NCBI GenBank assembly: GCA_045837725.1
Contig: JBEWZL010000109.1
Span: forward strand, 124,001 to 188,000
From: Vermamoeba vermiformis
Taxonomy: Eukaryota
Length of the DNA stretch: 64,000 nt
Reading direction: 5' to 3'
The translations under genes and the position numbers were made by a program. Shown piece by piece: positions 39,828 to 53,670 of the stretch (its first letter is position 1; every line of letters starts with the position of its first letter). The notes below the pieces were generated by a model. It saw only the letters and a list, made by a program, of their open reading frames with translations, was not told where the DNA came from and did no database searches.

Positions 39828-42800
39828 TTACAGCAAAGAAGCAGCAAGCTCTTTGATTTTGATTTTGTATTGCTCTCCGATGTTCAGCGAGGCGACGCTG
39901 TTGTTCAGCGCAGTCAAAGCATTCTTGCACGAAGCAACGAGCAGTGTCTTGAGTTCAGGGTCGTGCGCAGCGATGACTAAGGCGTGCAACACAGAGATCA
40001 ACTGCTGCGCGGAGTCATCGTCAGTGACAGTCATGGCAGTCAATTTGTTGGCCAGATGGGCGCTGATGTTCTGTCTGTCATCGGGGGACAAGCGAGGCAC
40101 CAACTGTTGCGAGATTAATATACAACACTAAGAACAATATTAATCAAAGCTACGTACCACTGGGAAGATTTGTTGCGCGAATTTCAACGTGTCAGCGACG
40201 CTCAAGTGCTCCGTGTGTTTGGACAAGAGCTGCGAGACGAAGGTGATCAGCGCGGCATCTTGGAGCAGTGCTTGGCGCAGTTCGTGCTCTTCAGGTAGCT
40301 CCAAGAAGCGCGCGAGTGTGCTGACGACCGTGGCACAGGCAGCGGGTGGGAGGGACAAGGACTCAATGGCCGAGTACAGCACGAGAGCAGTGGTCTGTGT
40401 GGCAATGGCCTCGTCTGCGTCTTCAACCACCAAGTTGGCGAGCTGTTGCACGAACTCCAAGTAGTGCAGCTGCGAGGCAGGAGCTTGTTCTTCAGTCTCC
40501 ATCTTGTCGTTCACATCGACTTGCGACAACAAGTGCTGTTGACGCAGCCCAGTGATCACCAGCTCCAAGCATCCATCGTCAATGTGCGCCAGAGTGAGCA
40601 GCAGTTGACGGCACACGCGCACAAAGTTGTCCTGATTGGCGTGCTCTTTCATCACCGTCACCACAAACTCGATCAAATTGCCCTTGTTGTTCCAGCTGTT
40701 CGAGAGCTCTGTTTGCACCTTGGCAATGCGCTCTTCGTCCACTTCAGCCTCCTCGAATGCAGCACCAATCTTCTGGAAGACATCGAGCACGGTGATCAAC
40801 AGCGGGGAGAGTGCGTTGTGCTCGTCGACCCAAGTGTGGTGCAGCACAATCTTGGTGAAGTGTTGCAACATCTTCTTCTCGAGCAGAATGAACTTGTCGT
40901 CGAACGGCGACTCCAAAATGAACGTGAGCACACGCAGCAAGTGCTTGAGTGCGTGACTGACGGACTTGTCCAGCGAGGTGAACACTTGCTTCAGGGTCGA
41001 TTGGCGCATACGTGGCAGTTCATTGTAGCCGCGCGTGAGGATGCGGAACAAGACGTCTGCAGTGCGCGGGTACTCGGCTGATTCGAGGTACAAGAAGCGC
41101 ACAGTCCAGTCCCAGTTGTGCGCACCCAACATGCGCTCCAAGAAGGTGACATCAGCGGCAGCACATCGATCCACAATGCCGTAGTAGTGCGGCAGTGACT
41201 CGTCGTTGAAGCTGTAGAAAGCAGGACAGGCGCGCAGGGAGATGAAGTAGCTGAAGAAGCGCGTGTAGACCTTGTCGTCTTGCATGATCAGCTTGAGACC
41301 TTCGTCGTTGCCTTCGAGGGCCTTGTTCCAGTACTGCACCAGCGCGAGCTTGTTGAGATCGCACTCCATATTCACATCGATGGCGCTGAACAGCTTGAAG
41401 AAGGTGTCAAAGTGCGCGTTGAACAGCTGTTTCTCGCGCGGTGAAGTGAGACCCCACTGCAAGAAGCGGAACATGCTCAACAGACGCCAGTAACCGCTCG
41501 GATAGCCCTCGTCAGCGGTGCGTGTGAACTGCGCAGTGTCACCCGTGGCATTGAGTCGTGCGAGCGGGAACAGACTGAGCACTGCAGTGTAGATCTTGAC
41601 GAAGCGTGCATCGACGACGAGCGGATCTGCTTCGAGACCCACAAACACGACTGGTGTGACCTCCTCAGCGGGCTGATCAGCGAGCACGTCGTCCTTGGGC
41701 AGGTGCGTGTTGTAGCCAGGCAGTTCAGGCACCATCCACAACAGCATCGTCTCGGTGACTAGACGCAGCTCTTCGTAGGTCTTGTAGAACAGCAGGTCTT
41801 CAATCCACAGCTCAATCGTGTCCAGCATGAAGCGACGCAGCACGGGCAGGGCGGGCATCAGCTCGAGAATGAGACGCACGGCGTGATATGTGGCGTTCTT
41901 GTACTTGAGATTGTTCTTGATCACTTCGAGGTACCTGCGAATGCCGTGCTCCACGCGCGTGGCGTGCAGCGAGTCTTGCATGCGCAACAGCTGGGCGTAG
42001 ACAATAAAGTAGGGCTTGAACTGCTCGTAGTTGACCTTGTTGATGCCACTGTTGAGCAGATCCAGCACGCGAATGGAGAGTGCTTCGTTCTCGTAGCACA
42101 AGTGACAGATGAGCTCACTCGCTGCAGTCGGGTGAATGCCATCGCCAATCACGCGCTCCAAGAAGATGTCGGAGCTGATCAGTGCCCAGTCCTCGACACT
42201 CATCACCAGTGCTGGGCCCGGCAGTTGACTCGGTGTCGCGCTGTCACTGCTCGCTGCCTGATAGCTCTCGCTGTCCTCACTCGGTGCTCGCGGCACACAA
42301 CCGCGCACCAGTGCTGCAATCGTGCCCACGGTGTGCTTCATGTTGCTGAGCTGTTGCTTCTCGGTCTTGCTCTTCTTGTTGGGCTTGGCTTTCTTGTTGA
42401 GTCGCGGTGCATCGTCTTGCAGGTAGTAGTCCGCGAGCACAGTGAGGGCCTTGTGCTTCAACAGGAACTGCCGCTCTGGGGCACCAAGCGCTGCGAACTC
42501 TTCGAACACCAAGAAGTACTGATTGAAGTAGCGCCAGTGATTGTTGGCCTCTTTCAGCAGTGCCATCACGTGCTCCATGAATCGCACAATCACGGAGCTC
42601 GAATCACCGCGCGACTTCTCAAAGGCCAGGGGCACTATCTCGTCGTCACTGCGGCGCTCAATCTCCATGGCCTCGCTCTGCATGGTCACATCTTCCACTT
42701 CCACATCGTACAGTGCGCGCTCGTGTGCAGCGAGGCCTGACAGAGCCAGGGCCAGCAGCTTGACGTACTTCTCGCGCGCTTCAGGCACGGGGCTGTGGAA

Positions 42801-45800
42801 CAACATCTGCTTCAACCACGCGCAGTCATTGGCCAGCGAGGCCTCCAACAGCCAGCGACAGCCAGGCACGTGGTGTTGATACAGCTGCGACAAGAGCTCC
42901 ACAATCTCGTTCAAGTTGTCGCGCTCCTTGGCGTGGGCCAGTGTCTCAATGAAGAAGCGCGTGCCCAGCTCCAGCGAGGCAAACACAGGGTCAAACACGC
43001 GCGGCTGTGGCTGCTTGTAGTCCTGCACCATGTAGTCGAGACTGTGCGCGTAGTCGTTGTTGTGTGCCGTGGGCTTGTAGAGTGCCAGCACGCGCTGCAC
43101 AAAGTTGGTGTAGGAGGGATCGAAGATGTGCTTGTCGTGCAAGAAGCGAATGTTCTCTTCCCACACTTGACGGAACAGCTCCGATTGGCCTGTGACTGCA
43201 CTGCTCGTGGACTCGGTGCGCGGTTCAGTGCCGAGTGGATTGGGCTCGACTTTGCTGTAGAACAACATGTATGCGTTGTTGGGACGCATTTGATTGCGCG
43301 TCACTCGCTTGCCCTGCGCCGAGTCCCAGCTCTGCACCGACTCGTAGCCACCGAAGCACTGCGCGGGAATGTCAGCGGGGTCAAATGGCTCGACCAGCAC
43401 GTCGTTGAACTGGTACCAGCGTCCAGCAGCACCGCGCTCCTTGATGAACGAGTAGTAGTGGCCACTCTCTGCCGTGCCCGTGTGCACCAAGATGCCGCTC
43501 AGCTCGTACTCGTAGTAGGACAGCGGGTGCAGTGCCTCCACGGTCTTGCCAGCTTGTTGTTGTTCGCGGCGGTGCAGGCCCTCTTTGGTGTACGGCTCCA
43601 GACTGAGACGCATCGGGAACTCGCAGTGATCGTTCACTTTGGTGCGACGCATGCTCTCAAAGTCAAATTCGAAGCGCTTCAAGTGAATGATGAGGTTGTT
43701 GGGCAGGCCCTTGAGACAGCAGCGCTTGAGGGCATCGACCTTCTTGCCGCAGGTGCTGCACATGTACTTGTTGTCGCCTTCCAGCACGTCACCTTGCACG
43801 AACAGCTCCAGCGAGTCCTCGAGCTTCTTCTTGCCCTTCACTTCCACGCTGAACGAGAAGAAGCCCTCCTCGCGCTCAGAGGTGTGCTCGCACTCCTTGC
43901 TGATGATCTGATTCAGCATGGTGCCACCAAAGAAGTTCTTCAGAATGTGATCTTGCGGTGTGCCCTTGAGCAGCGTCTCCACCTTGTCGAACAGCATGTT
44001 GAAGAACTCATCGGCGTCCATCTGCACGGCGGGATTCATGGGCTGACCGTCGTACTTGTAGGCCTTGCAGAACTCTTTGGGATCGTAGAACTTCTTCTCG
44101 CTCTCCTGCAAGTAGGTGAAGATGGCTTGGAACTGATGCAGCAGACTCTCGCGCTTGTCTTCTTGACGGTCGGGCGCGGTGAGAATGCCACGACGGAACT
44201 CGGGGATCATGAAGAACTGCTGCATGAGCGAGTTCATGTAGCAGGTGGCACCCAAGTTCTTGAGGCCCACGTAGCCCACAGAGCCCTTCTCGTAGCCACT
44301 CGGCAAGTAGCTCCACTGACGGCGCGGCTCAGCGAGATTGTGCTGCACGATCAGACGATAGACGAGCTGCTTCATGTTGTCGGGATGATTGCGCGCCAAT
44401 TCTTCGAGCAGTTTGAAGGCACCACCGCGACTGGCGAGGGACTTGCAGCGCGGGGGAGTGATGGCTTGCTTGGCGTGATTGGGCTCGGGTATCTCGAACA
44501 GACACTGATAGAACACTTGCGACACGAGATCTCCACCACCCTGCGCAGTGGACAGACCTGCGAGTGTCTTGAACTCGCTGTCCTTGCTGATCAGCGTGGT
44601 GACGAGCTGCATCAGACCAATCAGCACTTGATCTTCCACTTCAGGCTGCGCTGTCGTCTCCACAATTGGATGGCGATGAATCATCTCGGTGCACGTGACG
44701 AGCAGCGATTTGAACTGGCGCGGCGAGGCACCCCCGACGCCTGAACACGCGTCTTGCAGCAAGCGATTGACGAGCTCAAAGTACTGTGCACAGGTGCGCA
44801 TGGTGGGACTGATGCCCGGCAAGTACTGCAGCAGCTGTTGCAGCAACACCGTGGTGGGCAGGGGTGTGCCCTCACGCACGGATTTGCAGATCTGATACAG
44901 GCCCTCCACGGCCTTCTCGCGCACGAGATCGTACTCGGATGTGAGCACGAGCGATGAGAGCCAGTTGGCAAAGTGCGCGTGTGTGAGCAGTGCTTGCAGC
45001 GAGGCAGTGCTGCTGAGGGTGGCTGCAACGAGCAGGGGCATGGCGTGCTTGACCACTTGCTCGGGCTCACTCTCCGTGCGCTCCAACAGCGTGCTCAGGA
45101 CATTGCTGCCGTCCTCGCTCACTGCTGCTGGCGCCGCTGTGTCCGTGCGCGCGTCGTTGGGCAGCTGGGCGACGGTCCACGTGATGTGCATCAACTTGCT
45201 GAGCAGCTCGAGCACATTCTGACCACTGCGCGCCAAGACCTCGTTGAACTGCGGCACATCGAGCTGATTGCGCGTGAGCACAAAGGCGCTGACAATCTTC
45301 AACAGCAGCACCAGACAGGCCAATCGCTTGCTGCCCTTGCTCTCCTCCAAGAACTCGCTCGTGCTCAGCACTTGAATCAGATGCGACACGCCACCACGCA
45401 GCACAAACTGTTGTCGCCACGACTCTTCACCTTCAGGTTGCAGCAGGGACTCCACGATCTGCAGCGCGTACAGCAGTTTGAACAGCGAGCGCGGATCCAA
45501 CAGCTCGTTCCAGTTCGGATGCATCGGATCTGTGTCGTGCGGAGTGCGCAATCGTTGCAGCGAGTCGAGCATGGTGGGGTTGGTGCGCAGCTTCATCAAG
45601 AGGTCCCACACGAGCTGACCAATGCTGCCAGGCAAGATGAGCAAGTCGAACAGCTGCGCAAAGTAGCGCTCTTGTGCCAGCTGGCGCGAGGGCAACATCT
45701 CGTCGTCTTCTTTCTCGCTCGGTGCACTCACTGCTGGACGTGCGTGCGCCTCCACACTGCCATCAGCCGCACGCCGCATGTACCGCGTCACGTGCACGAC

Positions 45801-48800
45801 TTGATTCTCGGTGAGTCGCAGATCTGAGAGCGTGTCGTTGTCGTTCTTCAATTCTTTGCCCGTGGTGAGCAGCCGCAACACCTCTGCGGACTCGTTGATG
45901 TGCTCAGCAATCTTCTGACGCAGCTGGCCGACTGTGTCTGCAGTGGTGAGCACCACGCTGAACTTGCTGCCGTTGAGCACCACAATGTTCAGCGTCACCG
46001 TCATGCCACTCGACTTGGCACCGTGACGACCGCGCGATGACGAGCCCTCAAAGGCCTCAATCAGCGACTTCAACAGCGTCAAGCAGCGCACAATGCGCAG
46101 TGACAGTGCAGCATCGGGCTTGACGGCGTACTCTTTGGCCGCACTCGACAGATACGCCATGCACTGGGCGATGAATTCTTCGCGCAGCTTGACCAGCTGG
46201 GGCTTCAAATCAGGTGCGAGCTGTGACAGCGGTGAGTGCGCGCTCGCGGGTGCAGCAGGGGGTGGTACTTACAGCCTTGTACAGTCGCGTCATCAATTGC
46301 ACGGCAGACTTGCCAACCTCGGCGTGGCGACACTCGAGCACGATGCGCCACAAGAGTGCCAGTCCGTCGAGATTGAACGACAGCACTGCGAATTCTTTGT
46401 CACGTGATTCGTACACCACAATCTTCTTGCGATTGGCATTCACGATGCGGAACAAGAACTCGAACGAATTGAGTCCTTGCACGGTGAGCGCTGCAAAATC
46501 GAGCTCCGCAAACTTGTGATCGAAGATGTACTCGATCGACTCGTCCGTCAGCGAGGCGTATTCTTTGTTGTTGGTGGTCGAGCGCGAGGTCTCAATCCAC
46601 TGCAGACCCAAGTCACGCTCCTCCACGGTGAGGCCCTGCACGACAATGGACTGCCACAGCGTGTCGAGCTGTTGCGGCGTGAGACTCAAATCTGAATTGC
46701 CCAGCGTGAAGTCCAGGAATTCAAAGCGCTCGCGAATGTGCTGCAAATGTTGCCACTTGCCAATGAACATCGTGTTGATGTCCACCACGTGACCTGCAGG
46801 CAACTTGGCGAGCTCCTGCTTGACGTGTTGGTGATAGGTGTGCAGATTGGCGAAGAAGGTGTCGAACAGATGGTATTCTTTCTCTGCCGCGGTGATCACT
46901 GCGCCAATGCCCTCACGCTCCTCGCGACGATTGTACGAGCCTGCACATCAGAGAGGTTAGAACTGCGGGCACATAGCGCTGCCTCAGACGCGTACCGAAT
47001 ATGCGCGCCAACAATCGCAACGACTGCGGCACAGACTTGCCCTCCTTGAGATTGGTGAGACAGAGCATAATGTAGTGATTGCTGTGCAGGTCTGTCAGTC
47101 ACACGTGTATGCAGCGAGGTGTGCGCGAGGACACTACGTACCGATGGGGTAGCACTGGGGTCATGGCGAACAGCTCCATCAAGGTGTTGAGGGCACTCAT
47201 GAACAGCTCGTGCGGCACATTGGTCTCGTCGAGAATCAAGTTCCACAGTGCCTCCAAGCCATAGTAGCGCTTCTCGTGGTGTTGTTGCGCCACACCGAGG
47301 CCGTGAATGGTGACATCGCGCACCAGACTCAGCGTGTTGGCGCTGTACTCGTGATAGGGGATCAGTTTGATGCGCTCAAACAAGTAGTCGAGCTGCTCCA
47401 CGGTGAGGTAGCTGGCGAGTGCCTTGATGCTGCCCCACACCGTGTGACTGATGGTCTCGTGCTTGGCGGACGAGGCTTGCCACAGCAGATCAATGTGACG
47501 CTGTTCGAGCTGTCCCTGCACGGCCAAGAACTTGAGCAGATCACTCGCGCGCTTGATCAGTTCGAGGTGCATATTCGCACCATACAAGTACTCTACCACT
47601 TGCTTCTCTTTGAACCAGCGAATTAAATAGTCAATGTCAATGCCTGGATCTGAGTCCATCATCATGCGTTCACCGTGACGCAACAACATATCGCGCTTGT
47701 TCAATACGCGCACTGTGACCTCGCGTATGTCGCTCAAGCCTGCAATGCGCTTTTCTAAGAAAGGTGACTTCAAGAACTTGAGCGCCATATCGAGTTTGAA
47801 TCGTTCCATGAGCTCTGTAGAGTCGTCCATGTGATGCAACAAATCTTCCATAATTGATATGATATCCGCCACTGTTTTACGATCTTCGTTCTTCAGTTCA
47901 TCATCGGTTACGTTCAACAAGTGATCCAAAACCAGATCGCGCAGTTCAGGCAAGTATTGTGAGTGAAGATACTGCGAGTCAAGATAATCCTTGATCTGTC
48001 GTAAACAAGATGCCTATTAGTCATATTCACAAAACAGGTAACACCACGCAGCTGACCTTGAGCACGAGTTTGAGCATGCAGCGCAGTACGGAGAGAGGCG
48101 TGCGCGGCTGTTTGTTCTTGATGCGCTCTAAGATCTGTTCGAGACCTCCGCGACGCACGAATAGCTCGACATTCGACACTAAATAGGCTGAGGCCCACTT
48201 GCTGTGCACCTACAAGCGTGCCAAGGTAAGTCAGATGGTTTGTCACGCCATTCAACACTACGCACCGTGACTTGAGGAGTATTCGGGTCCTCTTCGTATT
48301 CGAGAGTGAACTCTTCTTTGGACTGCGAGTCGTCTTTGCCGTAGTGATCGTAAAATATGTACACTGAACTGTGCGAGTAGATGCGCGCCATTGTCTCCCA
48401 AGCTGAGATCATATCATAGTCGGCATAATCCAGCAAAAATAAGAGCGATTTTTGCATGAATTGGTTGAATCTAGATGCCACATCGACACTAACGTCTCTG
48501 AAAATAAAGAAATTTAAGAATATGTTTTCACCGCCAAGAAAATTGATTTTGTTGCTCATTTGCGTCAATTTGTGAGGCAAGCACTTACCCTCGCTTGAGA
48601 ATACCCGTTATAACTTTGATAAAGAAATTTTCAATATAAAGGTGCGCTCTGTCTGGTTTTGCTTCCTCTAATGCATCCAACCACTCTTCTATTACTCGTA
48701 ATGCATTCAAAGGATGCATATCTAAATATTAAGGATGAGTTAGCATGCAATTCTGAATCAGGAGGTTGGGTTATTTTTTTCGTTTCCACAAAATAAACGA

Positions 48801-48925
48801 TTTTAGGAAAAATAGTATTCAATTCCAACAAATATAGTACCCCTCTTAATTGTATTGTCCAATGAAGGGAATTGGCGCTTGGCCTCTTCAAATTCCTTGT
48901 CATTGTCTTTGTTGTCACCACTCAT
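39828..48925 (-). CDS. Large ubiquitin-specific protease, USP9X/USP24/FAF-like, with an internal ubiquitin-like domain
   Basis: Cys box GLKNLGATCYMNS, QMDADEFF, HLKRFEFD, His box VHTGTAESGHYYSFIK, WYQFND, NAYMLFY; SPFLEKRIAGLSDI; UBL (DTVGQLRQKI...LRLLTTGKEL). Confidence 0.93.
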
Positions 48926-49175
48926 TTTCAAAGGGCCAAGTGTGAGGCTAAGACATAATAATTAGCTCTGAGTGTCAACGTGAGGGCCTGACAGTTGCTT
49001 GCTACTTACGTTTGGTTAGTTTAAAATGGTCAAAAAATATTGCATAAAACAGCTTTTGTGACCGTGAAAAAAAGACTTGCGAGTCAAAATTAGCTGCGAG
49101 CATTTTCAACTGTCAATGTTGTAACGAACACCACCTTACTTATTTATATTTGTTATTATTGCCGTGAATAGTGCT

Positions 49176-50764
49176 ATGGCGCTAGTTCCTTGCCGCATTG
49201 TTTGGATCGGAAGCCTGCATCCAGAAACTAATGAGGAGGAAATTCGGCTGGCTTGTTGCCAATACGTTCCCAATTCGTCTATTGTATCTATCAAGGCAAG
49301 TTATTATTTTAATTTAATTATTGTATTAATCACGCAAATAAACACTTTGATTTTTATTATTATTGTTGCTGGTATCATTGTACTGACTGCTACTTCAAGC
49401 TTTTAAGACCCAAAAATTGTAGCTTTGTTAATTTAACCACTATCGACGAAGCACAGCGTGTATTAGCAGGACTCAACGGCGCGCTGATCCACGGTCAGAG
49501 TGTGCGCACAAATTGGGGCAAAGAATTCCCTGCTGCACCTACTATGCCTCTGATGCCTTCCATGCCGCACGTACCCCTACCTGGGGCACTTCCTGTCATT
49601 GGTATGTAAGATTCGCTCCGTGTATGTGAGCTAATTCTTCTGCAGATCCAGAACAGCTGAAAATTATCGATAAATTAGCGGAGTTTGTCGTCAACAAAGG
49701 CAGCGAGGGCGCAGTGTTTGAAAGTGTGGTCAAAGAGCGCGAGCGACACAACAGCAAATTCGCGTTCTTATTCGGTGGACCCTACTACGCGTATTATCAA
49801 CACAAGCTGCTGGAACTGCGCGCTCAGCTCACTGTAGCACCACTGGTACCCCTCGGAGGACTGAACACACCACTGGTACCCCTCGGTGGACTGAACACAC
49901 CACTGGCACCCCTCGGACACAACGTAGCAGCTGTAGTGCCCCCATCACTCGGCCACCCCTCGCAGGTACCGGGCCACGAGCACGACACAGAGCTGCAGCA
50001 CTTGTTGCAGGAGTTCAGTGTCTCGAAGCAGAGCAGTGCAGTGTGTGCGTGGCTGACGAGTCACAGTGCCGCGCTGAGTGCGAGCTTGGAGCTGATCAAG
50101 CAACAGATTGAGCGCGCACCTGACGACGAGCACGCCCTCCACTACATGTACCTGCTCAGCGATCTCTTGCAGCAGAGGTAGGTGTTTGGATTGCGGCCAG
50201 TACTCGGCTACTCACCCATCTGCAGCTTGAAGCGACGCTCGCTGTCAGATCCGCACTTGCTGGACGACATCTCGCAGACTGTGCTGCACGCTCTGCCCGC
50301 ACTGCTCGCTGCCCTCACACGACGCGCGACACACTTCGACAGCACGGTAGCTCGCATACAGCGCGTAAGTACCTGTCCCGTGAGTGCCGCGTCTCTGATT
50401 CTCTGTTCGCACACAGCTATTCAAGCAGTGGGAGCTCAAGGGCGTGTTTGACAGCAGTGTCCTGCAGACCCTCGAGCTGCACTTGCACGAGCACAAGCCA
50501 CCCCCGCCCTGGGCCACCGTGCAGCACTCGCCCGCTGCCACACTGCCCCCACCGCCGCCCTTCCTCGTGCCCAGTCCCCCGCCGCAGCAGCAGCAGATCG
50601 ATCCCAACATCAACATGCCACCGGGCATCATCGTCGCACTGCACCACCACTACCGTCCTGCACCCTACACACCACTCAATATCGCACTGCAACCCATTCC
50701 ACCCATGGCTGCACCCGATGCGAATATATCCAGCGTGATTGAACAGTTTGTAAACTCGTTGTAA
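49176..50764 (+). CDS. RRM + SURP + CID protein, CHERP/U2SURP-like splicing factor
   Basis: RRM (VWIGSL, CSFVNL, VRTNWGK), SURP (IIDKLAEFVVNKG...FAFLFGG..YAYYQHKL), CID (LHYMYLLSDLL, WELKGVF), MPPG motif. Confidence 0.75.
49838..49917 (+). repeat. Coding 30-bp tandem repeat (PLVPLGGLNT), about 2.7 copies
   Basis: caccactggtacccctcgg(a/t)ggactgaaca repeated. Confidence 0.9.
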
Positions 50765-50869
50765 GAATACTATCCTTAGGTGAAAACTCGTGTGAGTCTG
50801 TCTGGCTCTTTTTCTTGACTTTTTCTGCGGCTTGTTCGTTGTTATCTAGCAGTTTAATAGTGAACACAC

Positions 50870-52747
50870 ATGGTAAGAGATATCATATCATTTGCGGATA
50901 CCATTGCAGATCTAACAACGTCAACTAAGGCATCTCCGGACCGAGACAATCGATTTGGAGACAGAAGGTAATTATATAACTTCTGACCAATAATAATTGG
51001 CGGCTATTTATAGGTTATTATATTGATAGCGCCATTTTCTTTCAAATTAATTCGGTTTTTTTTGATTTGGCTTAATCCATTTTTTGGTGACAAATTGCCA
51101 ATTATTAACGAATATTTATTGCTATAAAAATAATACAAGCCAGAACAAATAAATTAATTACTTTCCTACAGACTAGAGGATTCACCCCGTGGTCGCAGTC
51201 CCCGTGGCGGTTCTCGTTCTCCTATGCGGTCAGTCCCCTTGCGCACTGCACGCACTGCACTTCACTCACCTTCTATGCACAGACGTAGTTCGCGTTCACC
51301 TCCTCGTGGTCGCTCCCCGTCCCCTCGCGGCAATGCCAATGCAGGCAAGATCCTGCACGTCTCCGGTCTCTCGCAGCGCACTCGCGACATTGACTTGGAG
51401 AACAGATTCGCCAAGTACGGCAAAGTGATTGACTGCAAGGTCGTGCGGGACAAGCGCAGTGGCATGGGTCGCGGGTACGCCTTTGTGACGATGGAGAACG
51501 ATCAGCAAGCGGAGGAGTGCATCAACGCGCTGAACAAGAGCGAGTTCGAGGGCCACACCATCAGCGTCGAGCGGGTATGTAGCACTGATGCATATATATA
51601 CATAGCGAGAATAGGATAGTGTTGTGTGCGTCGTTGATGTGATGCGGGTACTAGTGTGGTCGTCCCCTCTCTCTCTCTATATATATACTATGAATATGGC
51701 GTGCTTATATTTCGATGTCCCACAACCATAGCATTGCACACAACAACAAGTAGTAATTTGTTTATTATGTCACAGTCAGAGGCCTCAATATTTACACCTC
51801 ACCCTTTTCAAATTACACCAATTCACTCTTAATAATCACCCATTCCCTATCAACCTCGTTAAATACACGCATGATAACACTTGATTGTTGGCATGGTGGC
51901 CGCTGAATCAATCCTATAACACCACACACACAGTGCCGCAATAACACGGTGCAGCTTTGAGACACGTGCAATAATGTAGTGTTCACCTCACACCTCTCTG
52001 TTGATGACGCCTAGTGTTCACCTCACACCTCTCTGTTGATGACGCCTAGTGTTCACCTCACACCTCTGTAGTGTTCACCGCGTATTTCAATTCACATTCA
52101 CGAATCAGCACCCACTAATTTCAGCTTCACTCTATTCATTAACACCGCACACTTAATCACCTGTCAAACCATTCATGAACACCACACCCACCCATTACCT
52201 TATTAGGCAAGAAGATCTCGTCCTCGCACTCCTGGCCGTCCTCCTCCACGCAACTACGAGCGACGTAAGTACAGTGCCGAGTGTCTGCGCGCAGTGACTG
52301 ACGCTCTGACAGGTGGTGGTCGCTATGGTGGCTACAGTGATCGCGGACACGGCGGTGGCTATTCAGACTACGGCTATCACAGCAGCAGCAGCAGCTACAG
52401 CAGCAATCGTTACGCGCCCTATCCACCCTACAACGGAGGCAGCAGTGGTGGTGGTGGCAGCTACGGGTCAGTCGCACCCCTCTCTCGTGTCTAACACAGC
52501 ACTAACCATTCCTCGCAGCGGCTACGGCAGCTATTACCGTGATCGTCGCTCACCGCCACGTGACAGACGTCGTTCTCCCTCGCCACGTGATCGACGCCGC
52601 ACACCCTCGCCCCCACGTGATCGTCGTCACTCGCCCTCGCCCCCACGTGGTCGCAGCAGATCACCGCACGAACAGCGCTATTATGGGGGTCCTCCTCCCA
52701 ACTATTACCCGCGCGGCAGATCTCGCTCGCCACCCAACTACCGTTAA
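50870..52747 (+). CDS. TRA2/SR45a-like SR protein (RS-RRM-RS)
   Basis: LHVSGLS, RGYAFVTM, ISVER/ARRSRPRTPG, RS/SP repeats on both sides; first coding exon is the ATG alone. Confidence 0.85.
51977..52079. repeat. Intronic 35-bp tandem repeat (2 full and 2 partial copies)
   Basis: tagtgttcacctcacacctctctgttgatgacgcc at 51977 and 52012, partial copies at 52047 and 52069. Confidence 0.92.
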
Positions 52748-52903
52748 GCACGTGTAGTGTCTTATAAACTGTGCATCATTGTACATACACCGTGTAGCGT
52801 CTTATTATGAGTGAGTTCCCGATCCGATCTTGCTTGTCTTCTGTCGCTGCCAATCGCAACACTGCATTTTCATTCGTTTCATTTACTACTTGTAGACACC
52901 ACG

Positions 52904-53570
52904 ATGAGTTTGTTCAGAACTGCATTCACGCAATTGCGTCCAAGACTTACGCGCACAGTAGAAGAGTTCTATGACGCTACTACTAAAAAGGGCGAAAAGC
53001 CATTCACAGGTAATAATAGATCGAGATCTGAACAGTTAAAATTTCTAGAAATATTAAAATAGGAACAAAAGGGGTTGTTAGTATAATAAATAACTTCGTG
53101 ATATTATTTAAATTATTTTGAAATTGGTGAAGGAATTTTGAATAATCATAATAATAAGCTTATTGAGTTTATCAAGCACCAGACGCGGTATTTACACGCT
53201 ATAATTAATATTCATAGGTCGTAGTTGGAGAGCGTCAGAATTACGACTCAAGTCATTTCAAGATCTGCACAAGTTGTGGTTCGTGCTGCTCAAAGAGAAG
53301 AACATGTTGCTCGGCCAGCGCTTAGAGGCCCAAGTCACCAAAGAGCGCGAGGCATTCCCGCACCCGCACCGCCTCGTCAAGGTCAAGAAGAGCATGGCGC
53401 GCATCAAGCGTGTCTTGTCTGAGCGCGAGAAGATCGTCGAACAAGCCCGTCAATACGTACGCTTGCTGACTCATAATACAATAGTAATAGTAGTAGTACT
53501 AATGCATCGGCTCTAACACTTTCCTCAGGTAAAAGAATTGTACGCCAAGCAACAACGACCGAGTCAGTAA
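52904..53570 (+). CDS. MRPL47: Mitochondrial ribosomal protein uL29m (L47)
   Basis: Presequence-like N-terminus, VEEFYD, GRSWRASELRLKSFQDLHKLWFVLLKEKNML, KVKKSMARIKRVLSER. Confidence 0.95.
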
Positions 53571-53670
53571 CAGATGCACCCCTGACGACAATAAATATCC
53601 ACCTTGTTAATATTTAACCAATTGGTCGAGGAGGTGCACACATATATTAAGGGGAGTTTACTGTACAAAT

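Noticed and set aside
42795-44744. 649-aa plus-strand ORF and similar antisense ORFs (41883-42740, 44973-45827, 62006-62665)
   Set aside because: Antisense shadows of GC3-biased USP and NSUN2 coding sequence; no recognisable motifs.
48722-48840. TCCTTAAT near the acceptor of the first USP intron as a U12 branch point
   Set aside because: The donor is GTACTA rather than GTATCC, and a CTAAC U2 branch point is present.
28782-51726. Other TCCCACAA (DUSE-like) matches, for example ~28783, ~38460 (minus) and ~51718
   Set aside because: Intronic, with no structured RNA or terminator ~60 nt downstream; chance matches of an 8-mer are expected.
51977-52079. CRISPR-like repeat of 35 bp
   Set aside because: Head-to-tail copies with no spacers, eukaryotic intron context, no cas genes.
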